Source: Octopus vulgaris
Taxonomy: Eukaryota
Reading direction: 5' to 3'
DNA: 64,000 nt
NCBI GenBank assembly: GCA_951406725.2
Contig: OX597837.1
Span: 20,708,001 to 20,772,000, forward strand
This document shows, in pieces, positions 25,077 to 39,214 of this stretch (position 1 is its first letter; each line of letters starts with the position of its first letter). The notes beneath the pieces are model-generated. The model was given only the letters and a program-made list of their open reading frames with translations, was not told the DNA's origin and searched no databases. Both the position numbers and the translations under genes were made by a program.

Positions 25077-25079
<3 letters not shown>

Positions 25080-25394
25080 ATAAAACGGTAAGATAACAAA
25101 AGAAAGAAAGAGACCTCAATATTATGTAAATAGAGGAAATTTATCTATACAATAATATGTTACATTACTCGGTAGTCAAGATAAAACTCTGAGTTTCAGA
25201 TGCCGAAGTGGAAATCCACAACCCCATCTCTTCGGTTATCTGGCTATTTGAAAACGCTATGAAAAAATATTCATAGCGTTTTCAAATAGCCAGATAACCG
25301 AAGAGATGGGGTTGTGGATTTCCACTTCGGCATCTGAAACTCAGAGTTTTATCTTGACTACCGAGTAATGTAACATATTATTGTATAGATAAAT
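25077..25394. mobile_element. Fold-back element with a perfect 125-bp inverted repeat, each arm carrying a hammerhead-like motif
   Basis: 25139-25263 is the exact reverse complement of 25270-25394; flanked by (TA)n. Confidence 0.85.
25292..25354 (+). ncRNA. Type-I hammerhead-like motif (mirror copy on the minus strand at 25179-25241)
   Basis: agataa-CCGAAGA-gatg...catc-t-GAAA-CTC-a-GAG-TT-ttatct; stem I agataa/ttatct; GUU triplet (the sibling at 24536 has GUC). Confidence 0.65.
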
Positions 25395-25412
25395 ATATAT
25401 ATATATATACAC

Positions 25413-25569
<157 letters not shown>

Positions 25570-25728
25570 CCTACGTCATTTCAACTCTGCCAAAAAAGTC
25601 GTTATATATTTCTCATCAGAAACGCTTATCTCTGCTCATTCAGAAAACATTGTAAGTTCTCTTCCTTCATTATATTTTCTCGTTATTTGCACTGATTATA
25701 GATATATATAACAATACATACACATATG

Positions 25729-26160
25729 TGGAGGCACGTGCCGTAGTGGTTAGGGCTGTTGGAGAATCGTAAGATTGTGGTTTCGATTCCAGGACCGAGT
25801 TGCTCCAGTCCACTCAGCTGGCAATCATGAGTAACCCTGCCACAGACCAGCGTCCCGTCCAGGTGGGGAATATATACGCCATTGAAACTAGAAACCGGCC
25901 CTCATGAGCCTGGCATGGCCCGAGGAGACACATTTATATATGTGTGTGAAAGCACATGGCTTTGTGGTTAGAGCAGCGGACTCGCGGTCGAGGAATCACG
26001 GGTTCGAATCTCAAACTGGGTGTTGAATGTGTTTATAAGCCAAATACCTAAGCTCTACGCGGCTCCGGCAGAAGTGATAAGAAGTTTGTTATCTAACCAC
26101 GTGATTTCGGGTTCAGTCCCATAGCATGATCCAGCATGGCCACAGTCCAGTAAACAAGAA
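25729..26160 (+). mobile_element. Cluster of SINE heads and fragments (families D, C, A)
   Basis: tRNA-like heads gtggaggcacgtgccgtagtggttaggg and gcacatggctttgtggttagagcagcggactcgcgg. Confidence 0.7.
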
Positions 26161-26271
26161 TTAAATCTGTGTCATTAGGTGAATATATTGCCTAGAATCT
26201 CTTTATTTTAAATTAAGAGTGACAAATGCTTTCTCATCATGTGTGAGTCATTAAGCATTCGCATTTTGGTA

Positions 26272-26465
26272 CGAGGCCAGCAATTTCGGGAGATGGCTAA
26301 GTGGATTACATCGACCTCAATGTTCAACGGGTACTTATTTTATCGACTCCGAAAGGATAAAAGGTAAAGTCGACCTCGGATGAATTTGAACTCAGAACGT
26401 AAAATCGGACAAAGTGCCGCTAAGCATTTTGCCTGTCGTGCTAACGATTCTGCCAGTTCACAGCT
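26272..26465 (-). mobile_element. SINE family B
   Basis: Reverse complement of the family B body (gaatttgaactcagaacg, gctaagcattt). Confidence 0.85.
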
Positions 26466-26872
26466 TTCAGAGTCATTCTACACATTAAAAGATATTCGCA
26501 CTATTATATTCAACTTTAAAGCAAAGCAGCAGAATCCGTGATCCTCTGTGTCGATAAATAGTAAGGAAGTTGTGCCAAATCACCTGTTTCGCCAATCCGA
26601 AATATTAGACTTCTCTTTGTTTTGGTTATGTTATGTTATCTTTGTTCAGTCAAAAATCATCGGCGAAAAATATATGTCGTGAAAATGTCACATTCATTTT
26701 TGTCACGCACGTCACAGTTAAAGGAGAATTATGATCAGATATTTGTTGTCCAGGAAACTCATTAGAATTTTTTTTTTTTTTTCAATGCCAATGTAAATGA
26801 ATGCCATGAGGTGTTTTATGCAGCTCTGGAGAAATTCAAAGGAATTAGTATTTAATATTTTCCAGTGAAATA

Positions 26873-27325
26873 AAGGTGATGAGCTGGTTGAATCGTTAAC
26901 ACGCCGGAAAAAATGCTCAACGACACTTCATCCATCTTTACGTTCTGAGTTCAAATTTCGCCGAGGGTCGACTTTACATATCATCCTTTCTGGATCGATA
27001 AACTAAGTACTAGATAAGTACTGGGTTCGATGAAATCAACTAGCCCCCTCACCCACAAATTCCCCATAGTAGTAAGGATATTAACGTGCATATGACTGAG
27101 TACTCCACAGACACGTATACTCTTAACGCAGTTCGCAAGGAGATTCAGCGTGACACAGAGTGTGACAAGATTGGCCCTTTGAAATACAGGTACTACTCTT
27201 TTTTGCCAGCCGAGTGGATTGGAGCAATGTGAAATAAAGTGTCTTGCCCAAGGACATAACGCGACGCCAGAAACCGAACTCACGACCTTACCATTATGAG
27301 CCGAATACACTAAGCCACGAGCCTT
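26873..27325. mobile_element. SINE B (+, ~26873-27065) adjacent to SINE D (-, ~27080-27325)
   Basis: Family D carries the central gtgtccttgggcaagacacttta motif on the minus strand. Confidence 0.8.
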
Positions 27326-27412
27326 CATGGATTGTCATATTTATCCTTTCGATCGCTGAATACAAAACGTAGGTTGCGACACCTCCGTCCGGGTAATTTT
27401 CCAGAGTTACTA

Positions 27413-27953
27413 ATTTCTTTATTGCCCACAAAGGGCTAAACACAGAAGGGACAAACAAGGACAGACGAATGGATGAAGTCGATTATATCGACCCCAGTGC
27501 GTAACTGGTACTTAATTTATCGACCCCGAAAGGATGAAAGGCAAAGTCAACATCGGCGGAATTTGAACTCAGAACGTAACGGCAGACGAAATACCGCTAA
27601 GCATTTTGCCAGCTCACCGCTTAAGTCAATTATATCGACCCCAGTGCGTAACTGGTACTTAATTTATCGACCCCGAAAGATGAAAGACAAAGTCGACCTC
27701 AGCGGAATTTGTACTCAGAACGTAACGGTAGACGAAATACCTATTTCTTTATTGCCCACAAGGGGCTAAGCACAGAAGGGACAAACAAGGACAGACAAAC
27801 GGTTTAAGTCAATTATATCGACCCCAGTGCGTAACTGGTACTTACTTTATCGACCCCGAAAGATGAAAGACAAAGTCAACCTCGGCGGAATTTGAACTCA
27901 GAACGTAACGGCAGACGAAATATCGCTAAGCATTTTGCCAGCTCACCGCCTTC
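27413..27953 (-). mobile_element. Multimeric SINE B insertion with an 18-bp TSD
   Basis: TSD aattttcc[a/t]gagttacta at 27395-27412 and 27954-27971; three partial or complete units. Confidence 0.9.
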
Positions 27954-28149
27954 AATTTTCCTGAGTTACTATCTTACACTTGTACGCCAATCCGCCACAA
28001 AGTTACTCATTTACAGCGGACTGGAGCAACTTAAAATGAAGTGTTTTGCTCAAGAACATAACACACAGACGGTCTGGGGATCGAAACCACGATCTCGCGA
28101 TCGTGAGTACAACACTCTAACCATTAAACCACATACCTTCACTAATCCA

Positions 28150-28830
28150 CTACTAAACAGCAGTACACACCTTCACCTAATACTATATACACCATCACAC
28201 ACTTTACAACACGCTTTATTTTACATCATTTTGTGCTATCACATACGACCATACATCTGTACACACCGTCCACGGGACTACCAGTAACTACACGCTGCTA
28301 AACACTCACCATTAAACACTCACACCATTGTATACCACTACACACCATTGCATGCCACTACAAACTACTCTGACAAGCCGTCCCACCCCACTGGCTATCA
28401 CTATACGCTAACACATACCATCTCGTCAAACCATCGCGCAATATTTCGTCGAATCATTATACACCTCTACACACTATCTCAGCATACCATTACGCACCAT
28501 CACTCACTGTCACATACTATAACACTCTACTACACATCACTCACTATCACACACCGTCTAACACCATCATCACATACCATCTGACACCATCATTCACCAT
28601 CACACGCCATCGCTCTCGCCATACTCATCATTATATACCATCACTCACGATCAGTCACCATCACTCATCATCATACCACCACTCACCATCATACTATCAC
28701 TCACCATCAGACACCACCACTCACCATAACACATCATCACTCACCATCAGTCACCACCACTCACCATTACACACCATCAGTCATCATTACACACCATCAT
28801 CACTCACCATCACACACCATCTCGTCAAAC
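28150..28830. repeat. CAC/CAT-rich degenerate minisatellite (tcactcaccatca-type units)
   Basis: Repeated cactcaccat / cacaccat motifs. Confidence 0.8.
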
Positions 28831-29318
28831 CAATGTGCTAATTACATCAGTTCCAATCAAGATTATAGCCGCCGTGGAAGACACGGTTGTCATAGGCGAC
28901 AGCAGCTTTTCATATCTTCATTTGTGTAAATGGCTATCGTTGTCGTTGTTGATAATGGTTGTAGTAGTACTGGTGGTGGTGGTGGTGGTGGTGGTGGTGG
29001 TGGTGGTGATGGTGGGGGTGGTGATGGTGTAGGTGGTGGTGGCATGCTTGTGATGATGATGAACATAGTGGTTGCTATGATGAATTGCGTTGTTTATGTT
29101 GGTGATACTTGTTTTAGTAGCATTTATAGGCGCATTTGTCTGTTGGTGGTGTATGTGTGTGTGCGCGCGTGTGTGCGTGTGTGCGCGCGCGTGAGTGTGC
29201 ATGTGCGTGTGTGCATGTATGTGTGTGTGTGTGAGTATGTTATGTTTTCTATCGTTCTCTCTCTCTCTTTCTCTCTCACTCTCACTTCAGTCTCTATGTC
29301 TGTCATGTACGTATATGC

Positions 29319-29428
<110 letters not shown>

Positions 29429-29589
29429 CTTCAGTCTATTTCACTGCGGCCATACTGGAGCACTGCCTTTAGTCGAAGAAGTCAATCCCAGGACTAATTC
29501 TTTGTAAGCCGAGTACTTAGTCTATCGTCACTTTTTGTCGAACCGCTAAGTTTCGGGGACGTGGACTAAACCGACGTTTTGTCAACGTC

Positions 29590-30060
29590 GGTTGACAAAA
29601 CAATGTCCCAGACACGGAATTCCTCTCTCGAGCTGAGGAGAGAACAGGTCAAGTGGGCAGGCCAACTTGTTCGAATCCCTAACACACGGCAAACCAAAAG
29701 ACTATTTTACAGTGAATTGGCACAAGGCAAGCGCACACATTCAAAGACACACTGAAGTGCTTTCAGATCAACCCCGACATCTGCGAAATGCAAGCACACG
29801 ACCACCCTATCTGACGTAACTGCATCAACAGAGGTGCCACTTCCTACGAACAGAACTGAATTGCAGGAGCACAAAGAAAACCTGAGCTGCTCAGGTCAAG
29901 AGCCAACTCCTTGTTTTCATTTCCAGCAGACCGCCAGTGCGCGACCTACCGCAGAACCTCCGGAGCACGCATCGGCCTGATCAGCCACAGCCGTTGCACC
30001 TTGACCCATCTTCTCCCATGTGATGTCTTGATCATCGTCGATAACAACGGAAGAACATTT
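29590..30060 (+). mobile_element. RTE-clade LINE 3' fragment
   Basis: VPDTEFLSRA...QVKWAGQLVRIPNTRQTKRLFYSELAQGKR; terminal zinc-finger-like IGLISHSR; ends in (ATT)n. Confidence 0.8.
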
Positions 30061-30070
30061 ATTATTATTA

Positions 30071-30121
<51 letters not shown>

Positions 30122-30123
<2 letters not shown>

Positions 30124-30649
30124 GGGTTGTCCGGAATGTTCGTGCCGATTTATAGTAGCTTACCTTTCGACTTATTTTAGAACATGGTTGAGTCCATATA
30201 ATAGGATTTGACTACACCTACATTTAGAGCACAGTTTAAGCTATCTTTTCATGGAAGAAGGTTTATGTTCCTATAACCTGTGTTAATTCTGTAACCATTT
30301 AAAATGGAAGATAAGAAAGTTCATTTTCGGCACTTGATGCTTTGGAAACCAGACAAAAATTGCTGCAGCTCAGCTGGGATGTGTTACCCACCCTCTATAT
30401 TCACCAGATGTTGCTCCTTCGGATTTCCACTTATTCAGGTCTCTGCAGTATAGTCTTAATGGTAAAAATTTCAATTCCTTGGATGATGTAAAAAGATACT
30501 TTGATGAATTCTTTGCCAGGGTATTTTCAAGTTAAAGGAAAGATGGAGACGCATTGTGCAACAAAATGGTTCATATTTGGTTGATGGCAGGTATTTATTG
30601 ACCTTTTTCTTTCCTTTAAAAATCGGCACGAACTTTCCGGACAACCCAA
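30122..30649 (+). mobile_element. Mariner deletion derivative
   Basis: TIRs ttgggttgtccggaatgttcgtgccgattt / aaatcggcacgaactttccggacaacccaa with TA on both sides; HPLYSPDVAPSDFHLFRSL. Confidence 0.95.
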
Positions 30650-30658
30650 TAGAAAGGA

Positions 30659-30735
<77 letters not shown>

Positions 30736-30769
30736 CATGTATATGCGTGTGTGTGTGAGTGAGTACACA

Positions 30770-30811
<42 letters not shown>

Positions 30812-31682
30812 AGCCGACTGTGAAAATATCTGCTTTATAGCTCGACCTGCTAGAAATAATAACAACATCTCCCTCACTATCACACACTGACGTCTAAAAA
30901 CAAAATCTAGATTAAAAGAAAACTATGACAGTATGCTTTAGATCTCAGATCAGCCCGATCGCTCGATCATGCTTGTTGTAGAGTCAATCACGAATAGCAT
31001 TTTCACACATGTAATCATATTACGCGCATGCGCATGTTACATCTGCAAGAAATTCTTCATGAAAAGAATTATGTCAGACGCTGTCCGTATGTTTTTGAAC
31101 AGACTTCAACTGCGGACTCTCAAGTTGTCATCGATGCCAATAAAAGACCAGCAGGAGAAAGATGTCCGACAATTTAATGCTCCTGAATTTAATGAAGTAG
31201 CAATTATTCTGGTTGGAAAAGGACATGGCAAACGAGATATTGTTTTCAAGTATGATGACAGTAACAACCAGTTTAATAAATGAAATTTATTGTTCACACG
31301 ATGTCATATAATATCCTTCGCCTTTTGTTAAGGAAGAAATGGATATCACTTTGATACACCACGAGTTTAAGAAATCACTTCAAAGAAAAGAAAACGAAAA
31401 GATAAAGAAAAAAGGAAGGAAATGAAAACTGTATCCTGTATGGGTGAATCATTATGTTTCTCGATTGATTATTCAAAGTAATGCGTTTAATTCATTAGAC
31501 GAATTAATTCATTATTGCTAATCTCTTTTCCCTCCGTATATTGTTGATATTTGTGCCGAAATAAAACCAGAAAGGCTGTTTTACATAAAACAGAATCAAA
31601 GAGAATTGCGTAATGAATTGTATATGCAATTACAAAATGGCGTTAACAATGATATTGCTGGGACAGAGCCTGGACAACTTTG

Positions 31683-32068
31683 AGGTGGAAGCACTCCGTC
31701 GGTTACGACGACGAGGGTTCCGGCTGATCCGAATCAACGGAACAGCCTGCTCGTGAAATTAAAGTGTAAGTGGCTGAGCACTCCACAGACACGTGTACCC
31801 TTAACGTAGTTCTCGGGGATATTCAGCGTGACACAGAGAGTGACAAGGCAGGCCCTTTGAAATACAAGTACAACAGAAACAGGAAGTAAGAGTGAGAGAA
31901 AGTTGTGGGGAAAGAGTACAGCAGGGATCACCACCATCCCCTGCCGGAGCCTCGAGGAGCTTTAGGTGTTTTCGCTCAATAAACACTCACAACGCCCGGT
32001 CTGGGAATCGAAACCGCGATCCTATGACCGCGAGTCCGCTGCCCTAACCACTGGGCCATTGCGCCTCC
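31683..32068 (-). mobile_element. tRNA-derived SINE family C, full length, 11-bp TSD
   Basis: TSD ggacaactttg at 31672-31682 and 32069-32079; head ggaggcgcaatggcccagtggttagggcagcgg. Confidence 0.93.
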
Positions 32069-32262
32069 GGACAACTTTGTATTCTCCATCAAATTTTACG
32101 GGAAACCCAAGATATATGCATGAGAGGACGCATGATGCCATGACTTATCTACGAAATTATGAGCACCATGATCCTCTCATCACTTATTTACAATTCTAAA
32201 TCAAACGAAATCCACGCATAGATTTTTTCCAAAGCAATTATACACCGACAGATATGACCTAA

Positions 32263-32670
32263 AAGCCGGCGAGCTGGCAGAAACGTTAGCACGCCGGGTG
32301 AAATGCTTAGCGGTACTTCGTCTGCCGCTACGTTCTGAGTTCAAACTCCGCCAAGGTCGACTTTGCCTTTATCCTTTGATAAATAAGTACCAGTTACGCA
32401 CTGGGGTCGATGCAATCGAATTGATACGTAAGTCTGGCCTTGTTTTTCCCCTCTATGTTTAGCCCCTTGTGGGTAATAAAGAAATAGGTATTTCGTCTGC
32501 CGCTACGTTCTGAGTTCAAATTCCGCCGAGGTCGAATTTGCCTTTCATCCTTTCGAGGTCGATTAAATAAGTACCAGTTACGCACTGGGGTCGATATAAT
32601 CAACTTAATCCGTTTGTCTGTCCTTGTTTGTCCCCTCTGTGTTTAGCCCCTTGTGGGTAGTAAAGAAATA
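32263..32670 (+). mobile_element. Dimeric SINE B insertion with a 13-bp TSD
   Basis: TSD agatatgacctaa at 32250-32262 and 32671-32683. Confidence 0.92.
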
Positions 32671-32794
32671 AGATATGACCTAATTGCAAACGTTCTTCAT
32701 CTCAAAGTTTCCAAGGTTTGGACCAAATAACTAACCTTTACATATTTTGACCAACACGTTGCTACACGTAAATTATATATTTATCAAATTTTGA

Positions 32795-32992
32795 CACGAG
32801 GCCAGCAATTTGGAAGCGGCCGTAAGTCGATTACATCGACCCCCAGCGCTCGACTGGTACTTATTTTATCGACCTCGGAAGGATGAAAGACAAACTCAAC
32901 CTCAGTGGAATTTGAACTCAGAACGTAAAGACGACGGAATGCCGCTAAGCATTTTGCCCGGTGTGCTAGCGCTTCTACCAGCTTGTCACCTT
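32795..32992 (-). mobile_element. SINE family B
   Basis: Reverse complement of the family B body, adjacent to (TAA)n. Confidence 0.85.
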
Positions 32993-32996
32993 AATA

Positions 32997-33066
<70 letters not shown>

Positions 33067-33542
33067 CAACAATAACAACAACAAAGGACTTCATAAAATT
33101 AAAATGAAACTTGGTTCAGAGTTTATGTGATGACCTCGATCCAACAGCTCAATGGACAAATATTTCAGGAATTTCACTAAAGTAACGCAAACACATTATG
33201 ATGGATATCCATCGTACGAAAGAAGAACACAAAATGGAGATATTTGAAACAAAAATTGGTCAGCATATAATTGGTAAACAATAGGAGGCTCTGTTTCTTT
33301 ATTTTCACTCTTTTGACTGCCATAGTCAATGCTCACATAAGCGTAGAATACTGTAATTCCATGAAGTCAATGAACCGCATTCGCAAGTGTACTAACAAGG
33401 GTTCTGACGCGCAATGATCCCTCTCCAACACCAGATATTTCAAGATGAAGTCACACAGTTCCAGATGGTGTGGTATATTTGTAGCAAAGAGTTTTTCGGA
33501 GGATATTTGGCTTCTCCAATACAACTGGATGTTCATTTAGAG

Positions 33543-33784
33543 CAATGTCTCTCAGCCGGGGCCCATATGACCCGTGGGGCCCACATAAGGTTTTGTTCTT
33601 AAAATTTATGTGCAATAAATTACTTATACGTCTACAACAGAAAAAGTATTTTAATTTTTTTTATACAATTTCTATTTAATTATAAAAATGTATATTTTTT
33701 AATGCATCGATTGACTATGTGGGTCAAGTAAAGTAAAACAGGAATCAAAGTGATCCGTAGGCAATAAATGGCTGAGAACCACTG
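33543..33784. mobile_element. hAT-Charlie-type MITE (242 bp) with an 8-bp TSD
   Basis: Imperfect TIRs caatgtctctcagcc / ggctgagaaccactg; TSD atttagag at 33535-33542 and 33785-33792; excision restores the Helitron VHLE-NGQR motif. Confidence 0.93.
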
Positions 33785-34757
33785 ATTTAGAGAATGGACA
33801 AAGAATATATTTTACAAAAGAAATTACTGCTCAGCAGCTCCTAGCTTCAACAGAAATTGCATTAGCAATATTTTTCAGACTTTGCCAAACTCTTTCGCTA
33901 AAACCATGTTATAGTATCAAGTACGGTAATACACATGAATCAACAAATAATGGAAAAAGAGGCGCTGAAACTCAAGATTATCCTGATATCTGATTCGAAA
34001 ATGTTCTGGACAGGGATTATACTGTGCATCCAACTCTACAAGAATGCTTTTACTTTAGACTACTTCTTCATGAAATCCATACCACATGCTTTCTCAGCCT
34101 TTGAAACGTTTATGGCAATGCCTGTTCTTCCTATAAGGACGCTTCTTTCAGCGTAGGATTGCTACAGGACAATATGCATTTGATAGCAGCTATGTCAGAG
34201 ACTTCTATGTGTAGTATAAGAAGAATTTTGAGAACACTGTTTGCAATTCTACTTAAAAATCGTGATTTATCAATATGGCTAAAAGATAGTCATAATCTTG
34301 CAGAATACTACAAATACCAGATACAATGTCCCGGCAGGAAAATAGAATACAATGGTGAAACCTACAATGCAGAATTAATAGCTATAGAAATCATAGTTTC
34401 TATGACGGTGAACGAATTGCATGTGTATGGGTTTCCACAAACCAATCGTTCTGAAGTCGATAGTTTTAGAAAGCTATTAAAAGAAACTTCCAAAAGCACT
34501 GAAGATCTCTCAAGATGTGTTTGCGAAAATTAACCAAATTGCTGTCTGAACAAAAAGTAGTCTACGACGCTATTCTCGAATGGTTTTTATTTCTATCGAA
34601 GGGGCGGAGGGAATTTTTCTTAATGAAAAACTTTTGTCTCTAAGATCTTACTTGCCAAAACTGTGACAATTTTAAAAAAGCAGCTTTGGCCGCTGCTTCT
34701 TCAGTTATTGCTGCCACAGAGGAAGACCAATCCGCTCTAAATTGAACTTAACTAATT

Positions 34758-35078
34758 GGCACTCTGTCGCTTAAGATGACAGGGGTTCCAGCTGATCCGA
34801 TCAACAGAACAGCCTGCTCGTGAAAATTAACGTGCAAGTGGCTGAGCATTCCACATATACGTGTAGCCTTAACACAGCTCTCAGAGAGATTCAGCGTGAC
34901 ATAAGATGTGACAAGGCTGGCCCTTTGAAATACAGCTACTACCCATTTTTCCTGCCGAGTGAACTTGTGCACTGTAAAGTAAAGTGTTTTGCTCAAGGAC
35001 ACAACGCGCCGCCGGGTATCGAAATCAAGACTTTACGATTATGAGCCAAATACCCTAACAGCTAAACCACACGCCTTC
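34758..35078 (-). mobile_element. SINE family D
   Basis: tRNA-like head, central gtgtccttgagcaaaacacttta motif, and a 3' half shared with family C. Confidence 0.85.
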
Positions 35079-35389
35079 GTTTAGCTAATACCGTTTTATA
35101 GTATTTGTGAAACATCAGGGATAAGACAACTACCAAAGAGGTGTCATCTCATTACTTGGATGAGAGCACGACGACAAAGAAAAACTGTTTGGAAACCCTG
35201 AATTGAAGCTTGCAAGATTTTAGAAATTCTGGAGTATAAATGGATGGCGTTAGCACTGCACTATCAGATTTCACCAGACTTTGCTTGTAATTCCAAAAGG
35301 TATTAAAGCAGATGCGTTGATAGCTTGCTTGAAATCATCTTATTTGTGAAGACAAGCAACAAGAATGAACCTAAGAGCCTACGTGAAAA

Positions 35390-36790
<1,401 letters not shown>

Positions 36791-36809
36791 GTATTTTAGA
36801 TAATCGTAT

Positions 36810-36919
36810 CCTATTGCTTTTTTATAGTACTATGACCTGCAGTTCTGTATTGCTTCGAACTGATGTTTTATATTACTTTGTACTACTGCTTTATATTACC
36901 TTGGAACTGCACCTACGTG

Positions 36920-36997
<78 letters not shown>

Positions 36998-37150
36998 CAT
37001 TCATACATACATACATTGTTTTCAACTTGTATTACTTTCAACTACTGCTATGTATTTCCTCAGATTTCTGTCTCCTATTACTTTGAACCACTGTATTATC
37101 CTGCTTTGAACTGACGTTTTATATTTCTTTGAACCGCCTTTATATATAAT
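36810..37150. repeat. Degenerate ~22-25 bp tandem repeat (tatattactttgaactgctgttt-like); a second array lies at 38845-39170
   Basis: Recurring tattact/tgaactg motifs in both arrays. Confidence 0.7.
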
Positions 37151-37719
37151 TTGAAGCCTCTATCGCTGTCAGATCAGCGCAGAGGTCACTCACCTAACGA
37201 GTAACAGCTTTCTTAGAAGAGGACCAGCGACAGCAGTGTCTCGCTACTGCAAGACGTCACAGGGCAGCGTCCGCTATAATCTGGAGAACAGACTGTCGTT
37301 GGACTGCGTTGTCACATGCACTATCATCGCTGAGAACAATGACTCTGCCATCATCGGTCACCGGTGGACTACCAACACACACGCACACGCACACATACAC
37401 ACTACACATGGTGACGTATCACACCTGGAAAATATTCTAAGATGTGTTACGTGTAGAAGAGTAAGTTTTTGAAACCACGAACTTGCAAACTGTTAGATGC
37501 TAAGTTACATAATACACCTGTATTCATAAAAAAAATCCTACGGAGTAGGATGGTAATACTCAAACTACTCATTCGTTTTATTCTTATTATGGGCTCAGCT
37601 ATCAGTCAATTACAAAGTAGTGTAATGTCAAGTTTCCGTGTAACTGAAATTCCAGAAAACCCGAGCGATAAAATCATTCTCCGAAGACTACCGTTTCGAC
37701 ATTCGTCCCTTCTTCTGAA

Positions 37720-38000
37720 TTCTTTTTCCACTGGTAAAGTTTTCAAGTTATCTGAGTAAGAGGAGATCTTATGCTGTTAGGTCTGGTGAGAACAGAAGGT
37801 GAAGCAACGCTTATCAGCCTAATGAATTTATCTTGAGAAACCTTGTTGAATGCACTCCCTTATTGTCGGGGGACAGTTCATGAGGTACCCACTTCTCTTC
37901 TTCATACACTTTCTCATCTGTTTGAAATGATCTTGTACTGTGGAAAAAGGTTTATTAAGCCTTTGGGACAAGTCTCCGATAGTCTGACGCTGATCCCCTT
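37720..38000 (-). mobile_element. Mariner deletion-derivative fragment
   Basis: Reverse complement closely matches 39395-39650 (WVPHELSP motif). Confidence 0.8.
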
Positions 38001-39214
38001 CAGCCATGAATGACCTTACGATTGCACCTAGAAAGTTACCCTCCGAGGCACAAGTTTGGGCAAGGTTGTTTATGGTAGACCAGCAGTCACCCATGCATAC
38101 CAGCCTCTCTAAGCCACCAATTTTATCCAAGGGAGAGGCAAAGGCCGATACAGTTTGGAACCTGTGAGATCACAACACATTCCTACAGCTGAGTAAGTGG
38201 AATAACATGAAATAAAGTGTCTTGCTCAAGAACACAACACACAGCCCAGACCGGGAATCGAACTCACTACCTTATGATTGTGAGCCTGATGCTCTAACCA
38301 CTAAGCCATGTGCCTTATGTTTCTGCATACGAAAACATAAAGACAAAAGTTTTGAAGTTGAATGTACATTCATTTATTTATTTAACCACGTGACAGCCAT
38401 ATTAATTTTTGTTAATAATAATACAATATATCGTGACTAGGTTACTTATCTTTTACTGACAGAATCAAAGAAATTTTGTCTGATTCCGGACTTCTATTCA
38501 TTGTGTATATAAGGTGTGAATTTTGTGTGTACATTTAGAGTTGAATTATTTGTGTAACTATGATATTCCGGTGATCTGATGAGCGGGCTTTCTTTATTTG
38601 CATTAACTTGTGAATATACAATTGAATTGTATAATACTGAGCATACATGTTAACGCAAACATGTACGCATAATTTCTTGGACTCTGAAATTAATATTACA
38701 CGAAGAAACGGCTATAACACTGAAGAAATCACGTAGTTAAGTAAATATATATTCAACTCTAAAACCTCCTGACTTTATGTGTATGTGTGTGTACGCGCGC
38801 ATGCCTGTCTGTATGTGTGTGTGTGTCTGCGTGTGTGTCTATGTTGCTTTGAATTGCCATTTTGCATTACTCTGAACTGCTGTTCTATATTATTTCCTGG
38901 TGCTGTTTATATTACTTTAAACAATCGTTTTATATTACTTTTTAACTCATGCTTCATGTTATCTTGATTTGTACCATATTACTTTGAGCTGCTGTTTTTA
39001 TATTGCTTTGCACTGGGCTTTATATCAATCAGAACTTCTGCTGCATATAACACACGCAGTATATATTTGCACTATCTTTTTCTATTACTCTGCACTGCAG
39101 CTTTATATTTCATTGAACTGCCGTTTAATATTTCATTGAACCACTACTACATAATTTTCCAGTTGCCATCTCCGATTACTTTGGTGAGGGGATTTTAATG
39201 AACTGCAAATTTGG

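Larger units (their letters stand above)
31060..35385 (+). mobile_element. Helitron Rep/Helicase remnant, interrupted by SINEs and a MITE
   Basis: RQFNAPEFNEVAII...KRDIV; SPSNFTGNPRYMHERTHDAM; HISVEYCNS...NKGSD; QLDVHLE/NGQRIYF; ECFYFRLLLHE; PIF1-like LSEQKVVYDAI, AASSVIAA and DES motifs. Confidence 0.9.

Noticed and set aside
27413-27953. Repeated ~60-100 bp blocks resembling a CRISPR array
   Set aside because: Tandem SINE units without unique spacers; eukaryotic context and no cas genes.
31990-32068. tRNA-like sequences at SINE heads
   Set aside because: Continuous with SINE bodies and bounded by TSDs, so not called as tRNA genes.
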